Shown here piece after piece: positions 1 to 11,910 of a stretch of 64,000 bases of DNA (position 1 is the stretch's first letter; each line of letters starts with the position of its first letter). The notes below the pieces were generated by a model. The model worked only from the letters and a program-made list of their open reading frames with translations. It ran no database searches and had not been told where the DNA came from. The stretch covers positions 1,190,753 through 1,254,752 of the forward strand of contig MU057560.1 in the NCBI GenBank assembly GCA_013265495.1, given 5' to 3'. This DNA comes from Vicugna vicugna. Taxonomy: Eukaryota. Made by a program: the position numbers and the translations under genes.

Positions 1-2581
1 AAAACTAGTCCAACAGTGAAGATGGATACTTGGAAGCAGATTGGTATCAAAATATTGCTGTAAAGGCACAGAGATGATCTCAGGTGTTAATCAGTAAAAA
101 AAGACATTCTGGAGGCAGAGATGAGTGTGGCTGACATGTGGGGACCTTGCGGCAGACCCTGGACAGAGCTGGGGAAGCAGGGGGCAGAGAAGCGCCAAAG
201 GGATGGTGAGAAGCCGCCTGTGTCTGGAGGCAGGCCCGCTCCCCCTCGCCGTCCGTGCGTCTGCTGCACCACGAACAGCATCCCCCAGAAGTCCCAGAGT
301 GCGGAGCCTCAGGACCTCCGAGGGCAGGCCCACCAGGTTTAGCAAAGAAGAATTCAGGGTGCCCAGTTACATAGTAATTTGAGAAAAACGATAGATACTA
401 TTTCATTATACACACGTCCCGATGAGGGAGATGTCTGAACAGGTGGAAAAGAACAGGGAAGCAATCCCAGTGAAAACAGAGCTGCAGGTGGAGCCCAGAG
501 GCCCCGTTCACCGGCTGCGCACTTAGGGACCCATGAAGAGTTTGCGTCATCCAGCGGGCGAGGTGCTAGGCCCCGGAAGGGGACGCCAAGCGAGCGTGTG
601 TTCCCCGTGTGCCGGGGACTGTCACACGCACTGTGTTCTTCTTAAGCAGGTGTGCAAGGTCCACATTATAAAACCGTTTTACTAGTGGGGAAAGTGAGCT
701 TCAGAGCTGTAAGCGGCTGTGCCTTAGAGACACATGAATGATAATTATTTCCTTAAAAAAAGACAAAAATTGAATATTCCGCATGTGCTCATATTCTGGA
801 GACATTAAAAGCAGAAAATAATTCATTATTCAATGTGTGAATGCCTTTTCCAGAAACAGAAACACGTAACCATGTGTCTCCAACCCACATCGCTCACGGC
901 GGCTTTCCTGCGTCCCTCGGTAAGGGCTCTAAGCTCCGCCCGGCACAGCAGCTCTTCAGTTTAGATAGGCCATTCTGAATTCAATTCTCACTTCCTTGCA
1001 GGTGCTAACTTCTAAATCCCTGATCAAAAGCAGCTGTTAATTAAGGATACCCAATATCATTCTCGCCTCCAGCACACGTTAGCTCCAAGCTCCCTGCTCG
1101 AGCTCAAAGCTGGCTTGCTCTGCCCAGCAACTGCCAACTCGCCAAGATCGCGCTTCCCCACAGTGAGGTGGACAAGACCACGCTTTCTCCATTTGGGGGT
1201 AATTGTATTAGTTGTTGTGAAATTCACCGTAACGGTCTACATGGAGATCAGTTTTATGGAAAATACAACAATCGCAAAACCGTGAAGAACGGATTCGGGC
1301 AAAGCACACTCAAGATGGGCTTCCGGGCTCCCTCGGTGGCTCTTCTAATGGTTTTGATGGTGCGTCTGACAGTACAGCCAGGGGGGCTCCGCAGCACTGG
1401 ATTTGGTTCAACTAGAGAAAAATACGTAGATAATTGTGAGATGGTTACAGGTTTCTTTCTTGCTACTGTTGCTGTTATTTTTAAAATGCAGAGAAATAGG
1501 CAATAAACCATGAATACAGAATAACTTTGGAAAAACAGAGGATTCTTAAAAAAACCCAAAAAACTGCAGGTGGAGAAGGACTTCGGGCATGAGCTATGTT
1601 GTTCTGTTTCCATTCTTTGACCTGAGTTTGGAGAATTATATGATATGGGAGTGGCATGAAGGAAAAATGACAGGAATTTCCGGGTAGACATTTAGAAGAT
1701 GTGGTAGGAAGGACATAAGATTTACAGCTAGACAGACCTCAGTGCGAGCGCAGGTCCCCCTTGGCTTCTAGCTGCAGAGGTGCCGGTAAGCTTTGCTCTC
1801 ACTGCTGGTTCGGGTTTCTGCCTGTACCGTGGGAAACAACAGAAGCGCACAGGCAGCATCAGCGGCAGCTTCTGAGTGTTCGCACCCTGAGCAGCCTCCA
1901 GTGTCCAGCTCTAGATGGATTTTCTTTAACTTGGACATGCCTGTGTTAGGCCAGTGTCCAAACAGTGTTAGAAAGGATGGTTTTTAAATTGAACTATAGT
2001 TCAGTTTACAATCCATACGTTAGTTTCCGGACTTTAACATGCAGATTCTAACATGCAAAATACGTTTGCAGCGTGCAGACGCGGTGCACAGCCTGACAGG
2101 TCTGGGACACCTTTCCACCCCGGGCTTGTGGCCATGTCTCCTCTGGCCGAGAGCCAGGGCCAGAGTCCACACACTCCTGCTCACTCTCTCTTGCTGTGAT
2201 GTGTTCCCCGGCTTGAGCTGCATCCTAGAAAGATTAGCGGTTTCATGACAGAGAGAACATACCTCATGCGCACGACATCTTTGGTCCTTGTCTCCTATTT
2301 GCCTCTTTGGTTCCATTCACCTTCATGGCCTTCCGAACTGTGCGCTCCCCGCCTCTCGCTGCCTGTGTGATTCCTGGTGGCTCCTGTCAGACTTTCACAT
2401 TCTTCGTTTATTAAATAAGATAGTTGAGATGAGCAAAGGCCCAGGGCAGTGAGCGCTGCCGTCGTGGGTGCTCCTCTCTTCCGACCGGTCACCAGCTCCG
2501 GCTGCCGGTGCCTGGTCTGGAAACCAAGCCCATCTTTCTTGGACTCATGTTTGCACTTTGTCCACTTGGTGTCTCGGTTTC

Positions 2582-3039
2582 TTTTTTTAAATTGAAGTGT
2601 AGTCAGTTTCCAACGTTGTGTTAATTTCTGGTGTCCAGCGGAGTGACTCGGTTACACATACACACACATATATTCCTTTTCATATTCTTTTCCATCATAG
2701 ACTATTACAAGATATTGAGTATACTTCTCTGTGCTGCACAGTAGGCCCTTGCTGTTTCTCTATTTTATGTGTAGTTAGCATCTGCAAATTCCAAACTCCT
2801 AGTGTATCCCTCCGCACCCCCGTTCCCCTGGTAACAGTAAGTTAGCTTTCTGTGTCTGTGAGTCTGTTTGTGTCTTGTAAATAAGTACACTCGTGTCATT
2901 TTCTTAGAGTCCACAGATAAGTGACATCGTATGACGTTTTTCTTTCTCTGTCTGACTTACTTCACTTGTATGACGATCTCCAGGTCCACCCATGTGGCTA
3001 CAAATGCCATGATTTTATTCTGTTTTTTAAACGGCTGAG
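2582..3039 (-). mobile_element. LINE-1 3' end fragment (cetartiodactyl-type 3' UTR plus end of ORF2)
   Basis: Starts with a T-tract and 'aattgaagtgtagtcagtttc...ttgtgttaatttctggtg', the reverse complement of the artiodactyl L1 3' UTR. Minus ORF 2957..3142 ends 'KIMAFVATWVDLEIVIQVK', which matches the L1 ORF2 C-terminus. Confidence 0.85.
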
Positions 3040-3319
3040 GCTTCCTGGTTTCTGGCTCACCGACTAGCCCCCGACTCTTCGACTTGTCCAGAAGCAGCCC
3101 ACGCAGACTCTGTCTCTTTGCTACCACACTGTACAAGGACAATCATACAGAATCAAGATAAAAATCTGTGATATTTTGGGGTTTGGGGATGCAACATAGA
3201 TTAGTGACGAATGTCACGTTCAATTTTTCATGCACAGGTACTTATTACAGAGTTCAACTTTCTTCCCGACAAACATAGGGAAAGGTTTATAAATTCCCTT
3301 ATTGAAAAGTCCTGGCTGC

Positions 3320-5390
3320 TTCCAGTACTTTTTTAAATTATGAGTAATTACGGGTGCAGGTTTTATGTGGGGTGACATTTTCAGACCGTTTTGGGTCAAT
3401 ACCCAGGAGCACTCTTGCTGGGTCAGAGGGTAAGGCTGTATTTAGCCTGTAAGAAGCTTGCGTGCTCCTTCAAAGTGGGGCACCGTTCTACATTCCACTG
3501 CAGCAATCGGTGAGGGTCTCTGTCACTCCAAACACTCACCGGCAATTGTCATTGTTACTTTTTTTTAAATTAGCCGTTCTTGTCCGTGTGTAGTGGTGTC
3601 TCACTCTCGCTCTCACTTTTAGCTCCATAACGTCAAATGGTGCTGAGCGTCCCTGCAGGTGTCTGTCCGCCATCTGTGTGTCTTCTTCAGTGATGTGCTG
3701 GTTCTTCCCTTCCGCACATTTTTAAATTAGGTTATCTGATTATTCTTTGTATTAAGCGTTCTTTGCACACGTCAGATACCAGTCCTTTATCAGACACGTG
3801 CTTTGCAGAGATTTTTCTCCCAGTCTGGGTCTGGTCATTTGATTCCCTGCACAGTATCTTTCCTAGACCAGGAATTAAAATGACTCACCAATGTTTCCTT
3901 CATCCGTCACACTGTGGTTTTCATCACCATCACAAGGTAATATGTTTTTCTCCTACATTTTCTCCTAGGTGCTTTATAGTTGTGTGTTTTTCATTTAGGT
4001 CTACAATCAAGTCTGAAACGATTTTGTGAAAGGTATCGGGTGTGTGTCTGGATGACGAGGGGAGGAGGAGGTTTGACACAGACACTCGATTGTTCCAGCA
4101 CCGTTCGTTGAAAAGATGATCCTTTCTGCACTGAATCACCATTGCCACCTTGTCAAGTATCAGTCATCAGTTCTGTGCGCCTCTGTTTCTGGCCCTCTGT
4201 TCTGTTCAGTTGAATCCATGTGTCCGTTTTTTGTAAACCAGCATCATGCTGTGTTGATTAAAGTAATTCTTGGAGTCAGTCTGTGTCAGTCTTCCAGATC
4301 TGTTCCTCTTCAGCGTTGTGTTGGGTACTCTGAAACTTTCGTCTTTCAATAGAAGCTTTAGAATCAGTATATAAAAATGTACAAAGAAGCTCGCTGAGAT
4401 TTTGATTGAGAATTCATCTACAGATCAAATTGGCAAAAACTAGTCTCTCAGCAATATTGAATCATCCTATTCATGCACGTGGACTGTGTCTCTACTTATT
4501 TAAATCTTTGATTCTTTTTATTTTTCTACACTTACATCCTGTATATGTTTTGTTAGCTTTTCACCAAAATAGTCCACTTATTTTGTGCTATTGCAAATGG
4601 TATTTGTATTTTCAAATTCCAATTGTTCATTTTTCCTGTATCAAAAGCAACTTTTTTCTACATTAATCTTGTTTCCTGCACGCTTGCTGCGCGAGCTTGT
4701 TCGTTCTAGCAGTTTCTCTGTTGATCCTTTGAGATTTCTACATCAACATCCGTAACTGTGAATATGCCGGTTTCATTGCTTCTTTCTCAGTCCGTATGCC
4801 TTTTATTTTCTTATCTTGCTTCAGTGTAACAGCTAGGACTTCTAGTGCAACGTCGGATAGAAGTGATGAGAGGGGATGTGGGCATCTGTACCTCGCTCCA
4901 GATCTTAGGGGTAAGGTATCCAGCTGCTCATCAGCAAGTATGATGTGAGCTGCAGGCTTTTTGTGGATACTTCTGAACAAGTTGAGTAAGGTAATTTTAT
5001 TCCTATTCTGGTGAATACAAATTTTTAGCATGAATAGATACTGCATTTTATGAAAAGCCTTTTCTGCATACCTGCATCAGTTCACATGATTACGATGTTT
5101 CTTCTTAGCCTATTGGTATGACGGGTTATACAAAGTGGCTTTGAAAAGCTGAATTAATGTTGCATACTTGGTATGATTGCCACTTGGTTGTGGTGTGTAA
5201 TTCTTTTTGATACATTGTTAGATTTGGTTAGCCAATATTTTGTTGAAAATTTTTACATCAAACTTCATGGCATTATGTTGGTTTGTAGTTTTCCTTCTTT
5301 GTAATCTCACTACCTGGTTTTGGAATTAAGAAGATGCTGTCCTTGCAGACTGAGTTAGGAAGTGTTCTCCCTGCTTCTGTTGTTAAGAGA
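3320..5390 (-). mobile_element. Old, decayed LINE-1 (L1M-type) ORF2 region
   Basis: Minus ORF 4738..5046 (KKPAAHIILADEQLDTLPLRSGAR...PLSSLLSDVALEVLA...KKIKGI) matches the L1 RT segment [41 protein letters not shown]. ORF 3930..4148 (RKDHLFNERCWNN) matches GKDSLFNKWCWEN. Many stops and frameshifts. Confidence 0.9.
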
Positions 5391-5519
5391 ATAAATAGAA
5401 TTGAACTGCATAAATGCTCAGTGGAATGAGGAGGGAAAATAAGGGGGACTGTCTACTTTTAAAGACATTTTTCTGTGCATTTCAGTTCAGGATTCCTCTA
5501 CTGACTGCACTCCAAGCGC

Positions 5520-6100
5520 ATTGATATATATTTTTTTTCCCTTAGACTTGTCCAGTCTACTGATGGACCCATTAAAGGCATTCTCGTGCTATATTTCAAT
5601 TTAAAAAAAAGGCATTCTTCATTGCCACTCCCATATTTTTCATTTCAAGCATTTCCTTTTGATTCTTTCACAGAATTTCTCTCTCTCTGCTTACATTTCC
5701 CATCTTTTCTTGTACAGTTGTTCATTTTTTTTAATGTTGAAGCCCTTAGAATACTGATGATAGTTATTTTAAATCCCCTGTGCAGTAGTTCTAAACTATG
5801 AGCCAAATTCTGACGTTTACTTTGTCTCTTCAGACTATTTTTCCTGGCATTTTATCGCAACTTGTATTTTTTGTTATTGATGTTCGAAGGCAGACGTGAT
5901 ACATCAGGTAACAGAAACTGAAGTAAATAGGCCTTCAGTGTGAGATGCTGTTAATCTGGCTTGAAGCCGTCTGTGTTTCGTATTTGCTGGATCTGCAGCT
6001 GCCCTGGCTTCAAACTCCTCTAGGGCCCCTACTGAAGTTGCCTTCCCTAAGCTGCTCCTTGGAGAGAGTCTGTGTCTTGCAATTTTTCAGCTGAAATCCA
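5520..6100 (-). mobile_element. Probable upstream (5'/ORF1-region) remnant of an old L1M
   Basis: T-rich segment ('tccagtctactgatggacccattaaaggcattct...gttattttaaatccc') resembling the antisense 5' region of old L1M elements. It is collinear with the preceding L1. Confidence 0.4.
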
Positions 6101-6102
6101 TT

Positions 6103-6132
6103 ATGATGATGATGATGATGATGATGATGATG
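6103..6132 (+). repeat. (ATG)n microsatellite, about 10 units
   Basis: Directly visible atgatgatg... run. Confidence 0.95.
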
Positions 6133-7259
6133 TGTTGTTTGTTTTTGGTAAGATTAAAAAAGGGTGGGGTAAAGAAATAGGACAGAAGTTGGTAACAGGA
6201 ACTAGAAAGAGAGAAATCATTTGGGGTTCCACATGTCAGGAGGCACTGAGCTTAGAAGGGCTTGACATAAACTAGTTTGTTTCAAATTTACGTTTTAGAA
6301 AGGGAATGCACTTCTAAATACAGATGCAAAACCGTCGCTAAAAACAGTAGAGTGAGGTTCAAGTTCACACTGTAGTTTTAGACGGCGCTTGCGTGTAACC
6401 ACAGGATCTACACATCCAGACAGCAACAGGCTGACTCAGTGGTCAGTTCTTACTGATGTTTTTTCACTTTGTATAAAATTGTCAATGCAGATTGCATTTT
6501 AATGAAATTTCCCACATTTAGAAGATATTAAGATTACAACCTCATCGTATGTCATGCATGTGGAGAACTTTTAAACTATTTATTTGTTAAAATCTCCAAA
6601 ATGAATCAAAAGGTCTATTATCCTCACAAGAATTAAGATACTTGAGTGATGAATGCTCACAGGTCCGTTGATGAAGTGTTTGTTGAGCTTTTGAAGAGGA
6701 ACTCGGATAATTATCCTATTGTTTTGTCTCTAAATTAGATTTCTACCCATGTAATTATCATAAGCACACGTTCTGGCAGCTGCATTTATAAAATCTTTGA
6801 GGAAAACATATTAATGGCCTCACATTTTCTTCTGCTAATGGAACTATTACCATTCAGTCGCGAACACTATCGATGTATAATAAAAATAGATGCAGCGAAG
6901 CAGACGAGCAGGAGCACTTTGAGATGAGTATCCAGGACTCCGGAGATTCCTAGCTCTGCTCTCTCACGTCCGTTGTCCCTGCTGGCAGCGAATGTTAGTA
7001 AAACCTCAGTAAAGAGGAGAACCTGGTCTCTAGTCCCGGTGTTATGCACTAACCCTTAGCATTCACGTCTAACCATCGCCTGAAGCAGGTGGTCAGCCTT
7101 CAGAACCCAAACATCTAGCTTCAGCCAGTTTTCTCACTTTAAAATTGATTTTTAGTCTTAGGGATAAATATTACGTTACATTTTAAATGAACTGGATTCT
7201 GCTGTGCAATTCTGTTACTTCACAAATAAAAACATTGTCGGGACTAAGTTTCGTGGCTA

Positions 7260-7510
7260 AGAGCACAGCCAGAGGCTGGAGGCATATTGTCTGAGGCCAG
7301 AGTCACTCCATGTCCTACGAGATCTGTAATCTTTACTGAGCTTCACTGGAATCCTGCATTTTTGTCTGTAAAACAGGGATGATGATAAAAGCCACACTCC
7401 GGAGCTGTTAGGAATCCTACACGGAAAAAATGATGTAAAAGTCTCAGTGCGGCGCCTGCCTTTCCCTCCAGCTTCAGTGTGTGATGGTGCTGCTGCTGTT
7501 GTTATTATTA
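7260..7510 (+). mobile_element. MIR SINE remnant
   Basis: 'tctgtaaaacagggatgatgataa...gtaaaagtctcagtgcggcgcctg' resembles the MIR core 'tctgtaaaatggggataataata...gtaaagcgcttagcacagtgcctg'. Confidence 0.6.
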
Positions 7511-7564
7511 TTTTGTCATTTAGTAAATGGTATTGAGATGAACAGGTAACTGGCACTTTCACTG

Positions 7565-7764
7565 CAGTGGTTGTCGGCTGGGGGTGTTCTTCTGCCTCAG
7601 GGGACCCTGGCGACATCTGGCTGTCACCGGTGGGGCGATGGTGCCGGCAGCTTGTGGACAGAGGCCAGGGATGCTGCCAGCAGCCCTCAGCGCGCAGGAC
7701 AGCCCCCCACAGAGGAGAGTGGCCCCGCCCACAATGTCGGGAGTGACGAAGCTGAGAAAGCCTG
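7565..7764 (+). mobile_element. MER20 (hAT-Charlie) DNA transposon
   Basis: Begins cagtggtt, contains 'gaggccagggatgctgc...caggacagcccccca' and ends 'gagaaagcctg', all matching the MER20 consensus. Confidence 0.85.
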
Positions 7765-7894
7765 TGTGGCTGTAAGCTTCAGCATTGGGCATCATACCTT
7801 AAGGCTAAGTTTCATCTCTTAATAGTCTTTAAATCCTCACTGCTGGTCGCAAGGGACACATTTCGTAAAGGAATGTGTTTCACTCCTCTCTTTA

Positions 7895-8000
7895 ATCATT
7901 CATTTCCTCATTTGAAGCAGACGCTATTAAGCCAGGCATCATGCCATGTGCTGGGACTTCAAAGATCAGTTAAACAAACCTCACCCTTAATAAGCTTAAA
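7895..8000 (-). mobile_element. L2 3' end remnant
   Basis: 'tcattcattt...ctattaagccaggcatcatgccatgtgctgggac' resembles the antisense L2 tail. Confidence 0.5.
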
Positions 8001-9177
8001 AATATGAGGTCACACAGGGAAACAGGCAGCCGTCAGGACACAGCCACACTGTACACGGTTCTGCTGCCCGAGGCAAAGTCTGTGCACACGGCTTCCTGCG
8101 CCAGGGGACAGACCTGAAAGATGTTGAGCGGGGAGTAGCCATGAAAAGGTGTGTGTTCTGGAAAGCCTTTCCAGGAGTAGTACACACGAGAGATTTCAAA
8201 GGAGAAGAGGAGACATCGAAAGCAAACAGGATGCAATGAAAAGGTGAAGGCCAGTGATGGCGACAGTCTACACCTGGCCTGTGGTGGGGTGACGGGAAGA
8301 AGCAGAGGGGCGCTGGGGCTCGCCCTGCGCCTGGTGGACGAGCAGACACGGCGAGGGAAGAGGAATTCCGGGTTGCTGTGCGGGAGCCTGGTGGATAGAA
8401 ACGAGAGGCCCCCCGTGGAAAGGCAAGAGGCAGAGGAGGAAGGAGAGTGAGACCAGTTTGGACGGGCAGAGGTTACAGGCGGGGCCTATGGCTACAGAAT
8501 TTAGGAGAGGAACCTCTCCAAGCAGAAAGAACAGAAAATTACCAACAGGCAAATTTAGTTACTGGGACAGGGCAGCAGCCAATGCAATAAAACCTTCAGA
8601 ATCATTAGGTTGTGGTCTGGTCGCCCTGGGTTTGATCTTGTTAGAGGTTCGGGCGTCCTTTAGGGCTCGGCAGACGGGTCTGGAAGCGCACGTGACAGAC
8701 GTCTGGGCTGGAGGGGCGGGTGGGGCACACGGGGACGGGCGGGAGGGAGGAGGGCAGCCACGGAAATGCCTGGCACGCTCTGCTTGCTGCTGAGCCCCTG
8801 CCGAACGTCACAGGTAGGTGACAACACGTAACGCACACACGCTGAGAGGAGTACGTGGGTTTGTGAAGATACGTTATTAATGGTATGAATATCTTCATTA
8901 TACTGTTATGTTCTGAAATCACAGTTCACAGGTACACTTTCTCATCTCTTTCACTTAAGGTATTGCCTACAATTATTGTTCATTATCTATCTATTGGATA
9001 AATAACTAAATTAATGATTTTACACAGGAGAATTACAGTCTTCAAGACTGATTTGCCTAAATCATACACACGTGTGTATGTAATATGTATATTTATACAC
9101 ACATGTGTGTATGTGCTCACATCCACACACATCTCCTTTCTTGAGATAATGTCTCATTCAAAAGAATGTGCAATTTA

Positions 9178-9415
9178 TGGGGAGGGATAAATGATGAGTT
9201 TGGGATTAACAGATACACACAGATAAGACAGATAACAACAGGGTCCTACTGTACAGCACAGGAAACTACATTCAATGTCTTGCAATAACATATAGTGGGA
9301 AAGAACCTGAAAAAGAAAACATATATATACACACACATATATATATGACTTGGTCACTTCGCTGCACACTTGAATCTAACACAACACTATAAATCAACTA
9401 TACTTCAATAAAATC
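9178..9415 (+). mobile_element. LINE-1 3' UTR fragment (cetartiodactyl type)
   Basis: 'ggagggataaat...gagtttgggattaacagatacac...cctactgtacagcacagg...aaatcaactatacttcaataaaa' is the sense version of the element at 2582. Confidence 0.85.
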
Positions 9416-9899
9416 AATAGAAAAAGATTGTGCAATTGGTCAACTCTTATCAAGTGAAATTATGTGTGTTTTTAAAGTCAAAGACAGTGAAAGAACTGTG
9501 CAAACTGCATGCGCTCAGTGATACACGGTCACACAGAACAGGGGGACAGAAGCCTGGTAGCCTCCAGCCCCCATCAGTACATCCAGGAATAATTTAAGGA
9601 AAGAAACTTTGCCTTCGTGAGGGAAGGCTGAAGCTGGCCTCGGGTCCTGCTGGGGAGGTCGGCCCCTCCCCGGGGACCCCTGGCGATGCACTGACCCTCA
9701 GAGAGGCCTTCAGGCAAGTATTTAGGAAAGTGGTGGGCAGAGACAGAGCACCCCGAGGTGCCCAGGCCTCCGAGGAACAATGGTGCACGTCAGGCTTACG
9801 CGTCCTGAACATTCTAAAGTCCACGCTGACACAGATAAAACAATAGCTCATTTTGACCAAGAGCTTTTTAAAGGCAAGTGTATTTTTGGCGTTGATTTT

Positions 9900-10510
9900 T
9901 GAAGTAACTTTTCGCCTCCGGCGTGGAAGGACTTGGGGCTGACTGAGCGGCGTTGCTAACCTCCTGTCTCCGCCAAGGCCTCATGGCCGAAGGGCTGGGT
10001 CACCCGCGCTTGAGCTGAGACTCCATCAGCTTCAGCGCATCGCCGGACACGCCGGTCATTTCTCCAGTTCTGAGGTCCACTTTCCTGCAAGAATCTCTTG
10101 CTCTTTTCCGGAAAGGAGCTGACTCGGTGGGGGCCACGCTGGGGGGCGCGGCGAGGCCCCGGGGCTGCCCCTCTCCGCTCTGCGCCCTTAACCACCACCG
10201 GCCCTGCAATCAGGCGGCTCATCTGCCTGCTTAACAAACAACCACCACGCATTCAGGGTGGTTCTTCTCAGCCTGGGCCTTCTCCGGACGCGGCTGCCGG
10301 CGCCCGTTCCAGTTACTAGACCTGGGGGAGGGCCCGGAACCGCCGGAGCCATCAGAGCAGCGGATGCCCGGCCCGCGGCCCGTGGAGGAAAGTCCGCAAA
10401 GTGAGCAGCGGGACCGTGCAGACCAAGAAGGATTTCTCTCACTATTTTCCAGTGACCAGTCAGAACATTTAGAAACGGTTCGGGATTCCGTGATCCGGGC
10501 CCGACTCCAC
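9900..10510. other. CpG/GC-rich patch
   Basis: Dense CG dinucleotides (e.g. ggggggcgcggcgaggccccggg, cccggcccgcggcccg) between AT-richer flanks. Confidence 0.6.
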
Positions 10511-11699
10511 CTGCAGCGTCTGTGAAGCATGGGACAAGCCTCAGCCTGACTCTGGGCCTTCGTTTCTTGGTCCCAGCTTACCTGTGTTTATTATTATTAT
10601 TATTAAACACACACACACAAACTCAGATCTTGGAACTTAGGAGAAAGCATGGAAGCCGCAGATTCCGTTCACGCAATGAAAGACTGTTGATTTTTCCCTC
10701 TCGCACCTGCTGCCTGATCTCGGTGTCCCAGCACAGCAGAGGTGCACACTTGTCTTCTCTGCACAGTCCGTGGCTAAAAGCAAACAGAAAGGGCCCCTGA
10801 GGGCCGCCGTCGAGCGAATGACAGTAGAAGCCCCCACTCCTCGCCCCCTACCCCCGTCCCAGGACCCGGGACCCAGACCTGGAGCTGCAGCCATGAAGCT
10901 CCGTATGTGATGCAGTTTGATTTGCTTACACGACCTTGTTTGGGGTTGGTGTGCATGTGTGTGTGCCATGACTTATGTCTACATCCACGTGCACACACAT
11001 CCTCATAGAAGGAAAACCACTGTCCTGCACTCCCGGTTACCACCGACATCTGCTCAAAGAAGCTAATAAGGCTGTTAGCCATGCGAAAACTTTTCTTCTT
11101 ACATTTTTTGATTTTACCATCCTCATTCACTAGAATCTAATACTTTACATAACTTTGGAAATATAATGTAAAGTATTTGGTGGGACAACATTACGGATTT
11201 GTATGATAAGGTAGAGGATAAATGTTTGTTAAACACCAGGGATATGTGTGTGTATGTGTGTATGCTATGCACACACGTATGTGCACATGCATACATATAT
11301 ATGCTCCAATTGTAACTTTATCTTTTCTAATTATTTTACAAAATAACTTATGTATTGGGGAAAAGTCATGTCTATTTGAGAATATTTTAAACACATAATG
11401 CTTATTGAATTAATATGAACACATCTGAATGGAATGCCATGCTTACACAGACACATACACACACGTCACAGGTTATGCGGCACTCGCAGAGCACGTTCTA
11501 TAAATTACTCACACCTAATTTATTCAAAAGCCCTGGAGGATGTTGTTTATCACATAAGTGAGTTTTTCAGATGATTGAACCTTAATATTTCAAGTAGGAG
11601 CATTTCGTTTTAAATGTCTATGAGGAAATCTGCAGTTCACCCTCCTGGAGCTCTTAGGGAGATAACATGGAGCATAATAATATTAAAGCCAGTAAAACA

Positions 11700-11910
11700 C
11701 GAATGTTACTGTAGATCGAGTACCTGCTCCACGGCAGTCACTTCACACCTGTTTATTATGTGAGAAAATCTCTGAGACTGCGTAAGCCGAGCGCTCTCAT
11801 TCACGTCTGACTGCTGAGCGAAGTGAGACTTGGAGAATTTGAGTAACAAGGTTTAGGTCATAAAACCGGGAGCGAGCTACTTGGTATTCAAAGCTACGTC
11901 TTTTCTCACT
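11700..11910 (-). mobile_element. MIR remnant
   Basis: 'gagtacctgctccacggcag...gagtaacaaggtttaggtcataaaaccgggagcgagctacttggtattcaaa' resembles antisense MIR. Confidence 0.45.

Noticed and set aside
6072..6275. ORF with a poly-Asp run
   Set aside because: Translation of the (ATG)n microsatellite.
9064..9115. Perfect palindromes such as atacacacgtgtgtat
   Set aside because: By-product of a CA/TG/TA low-complexity tract.
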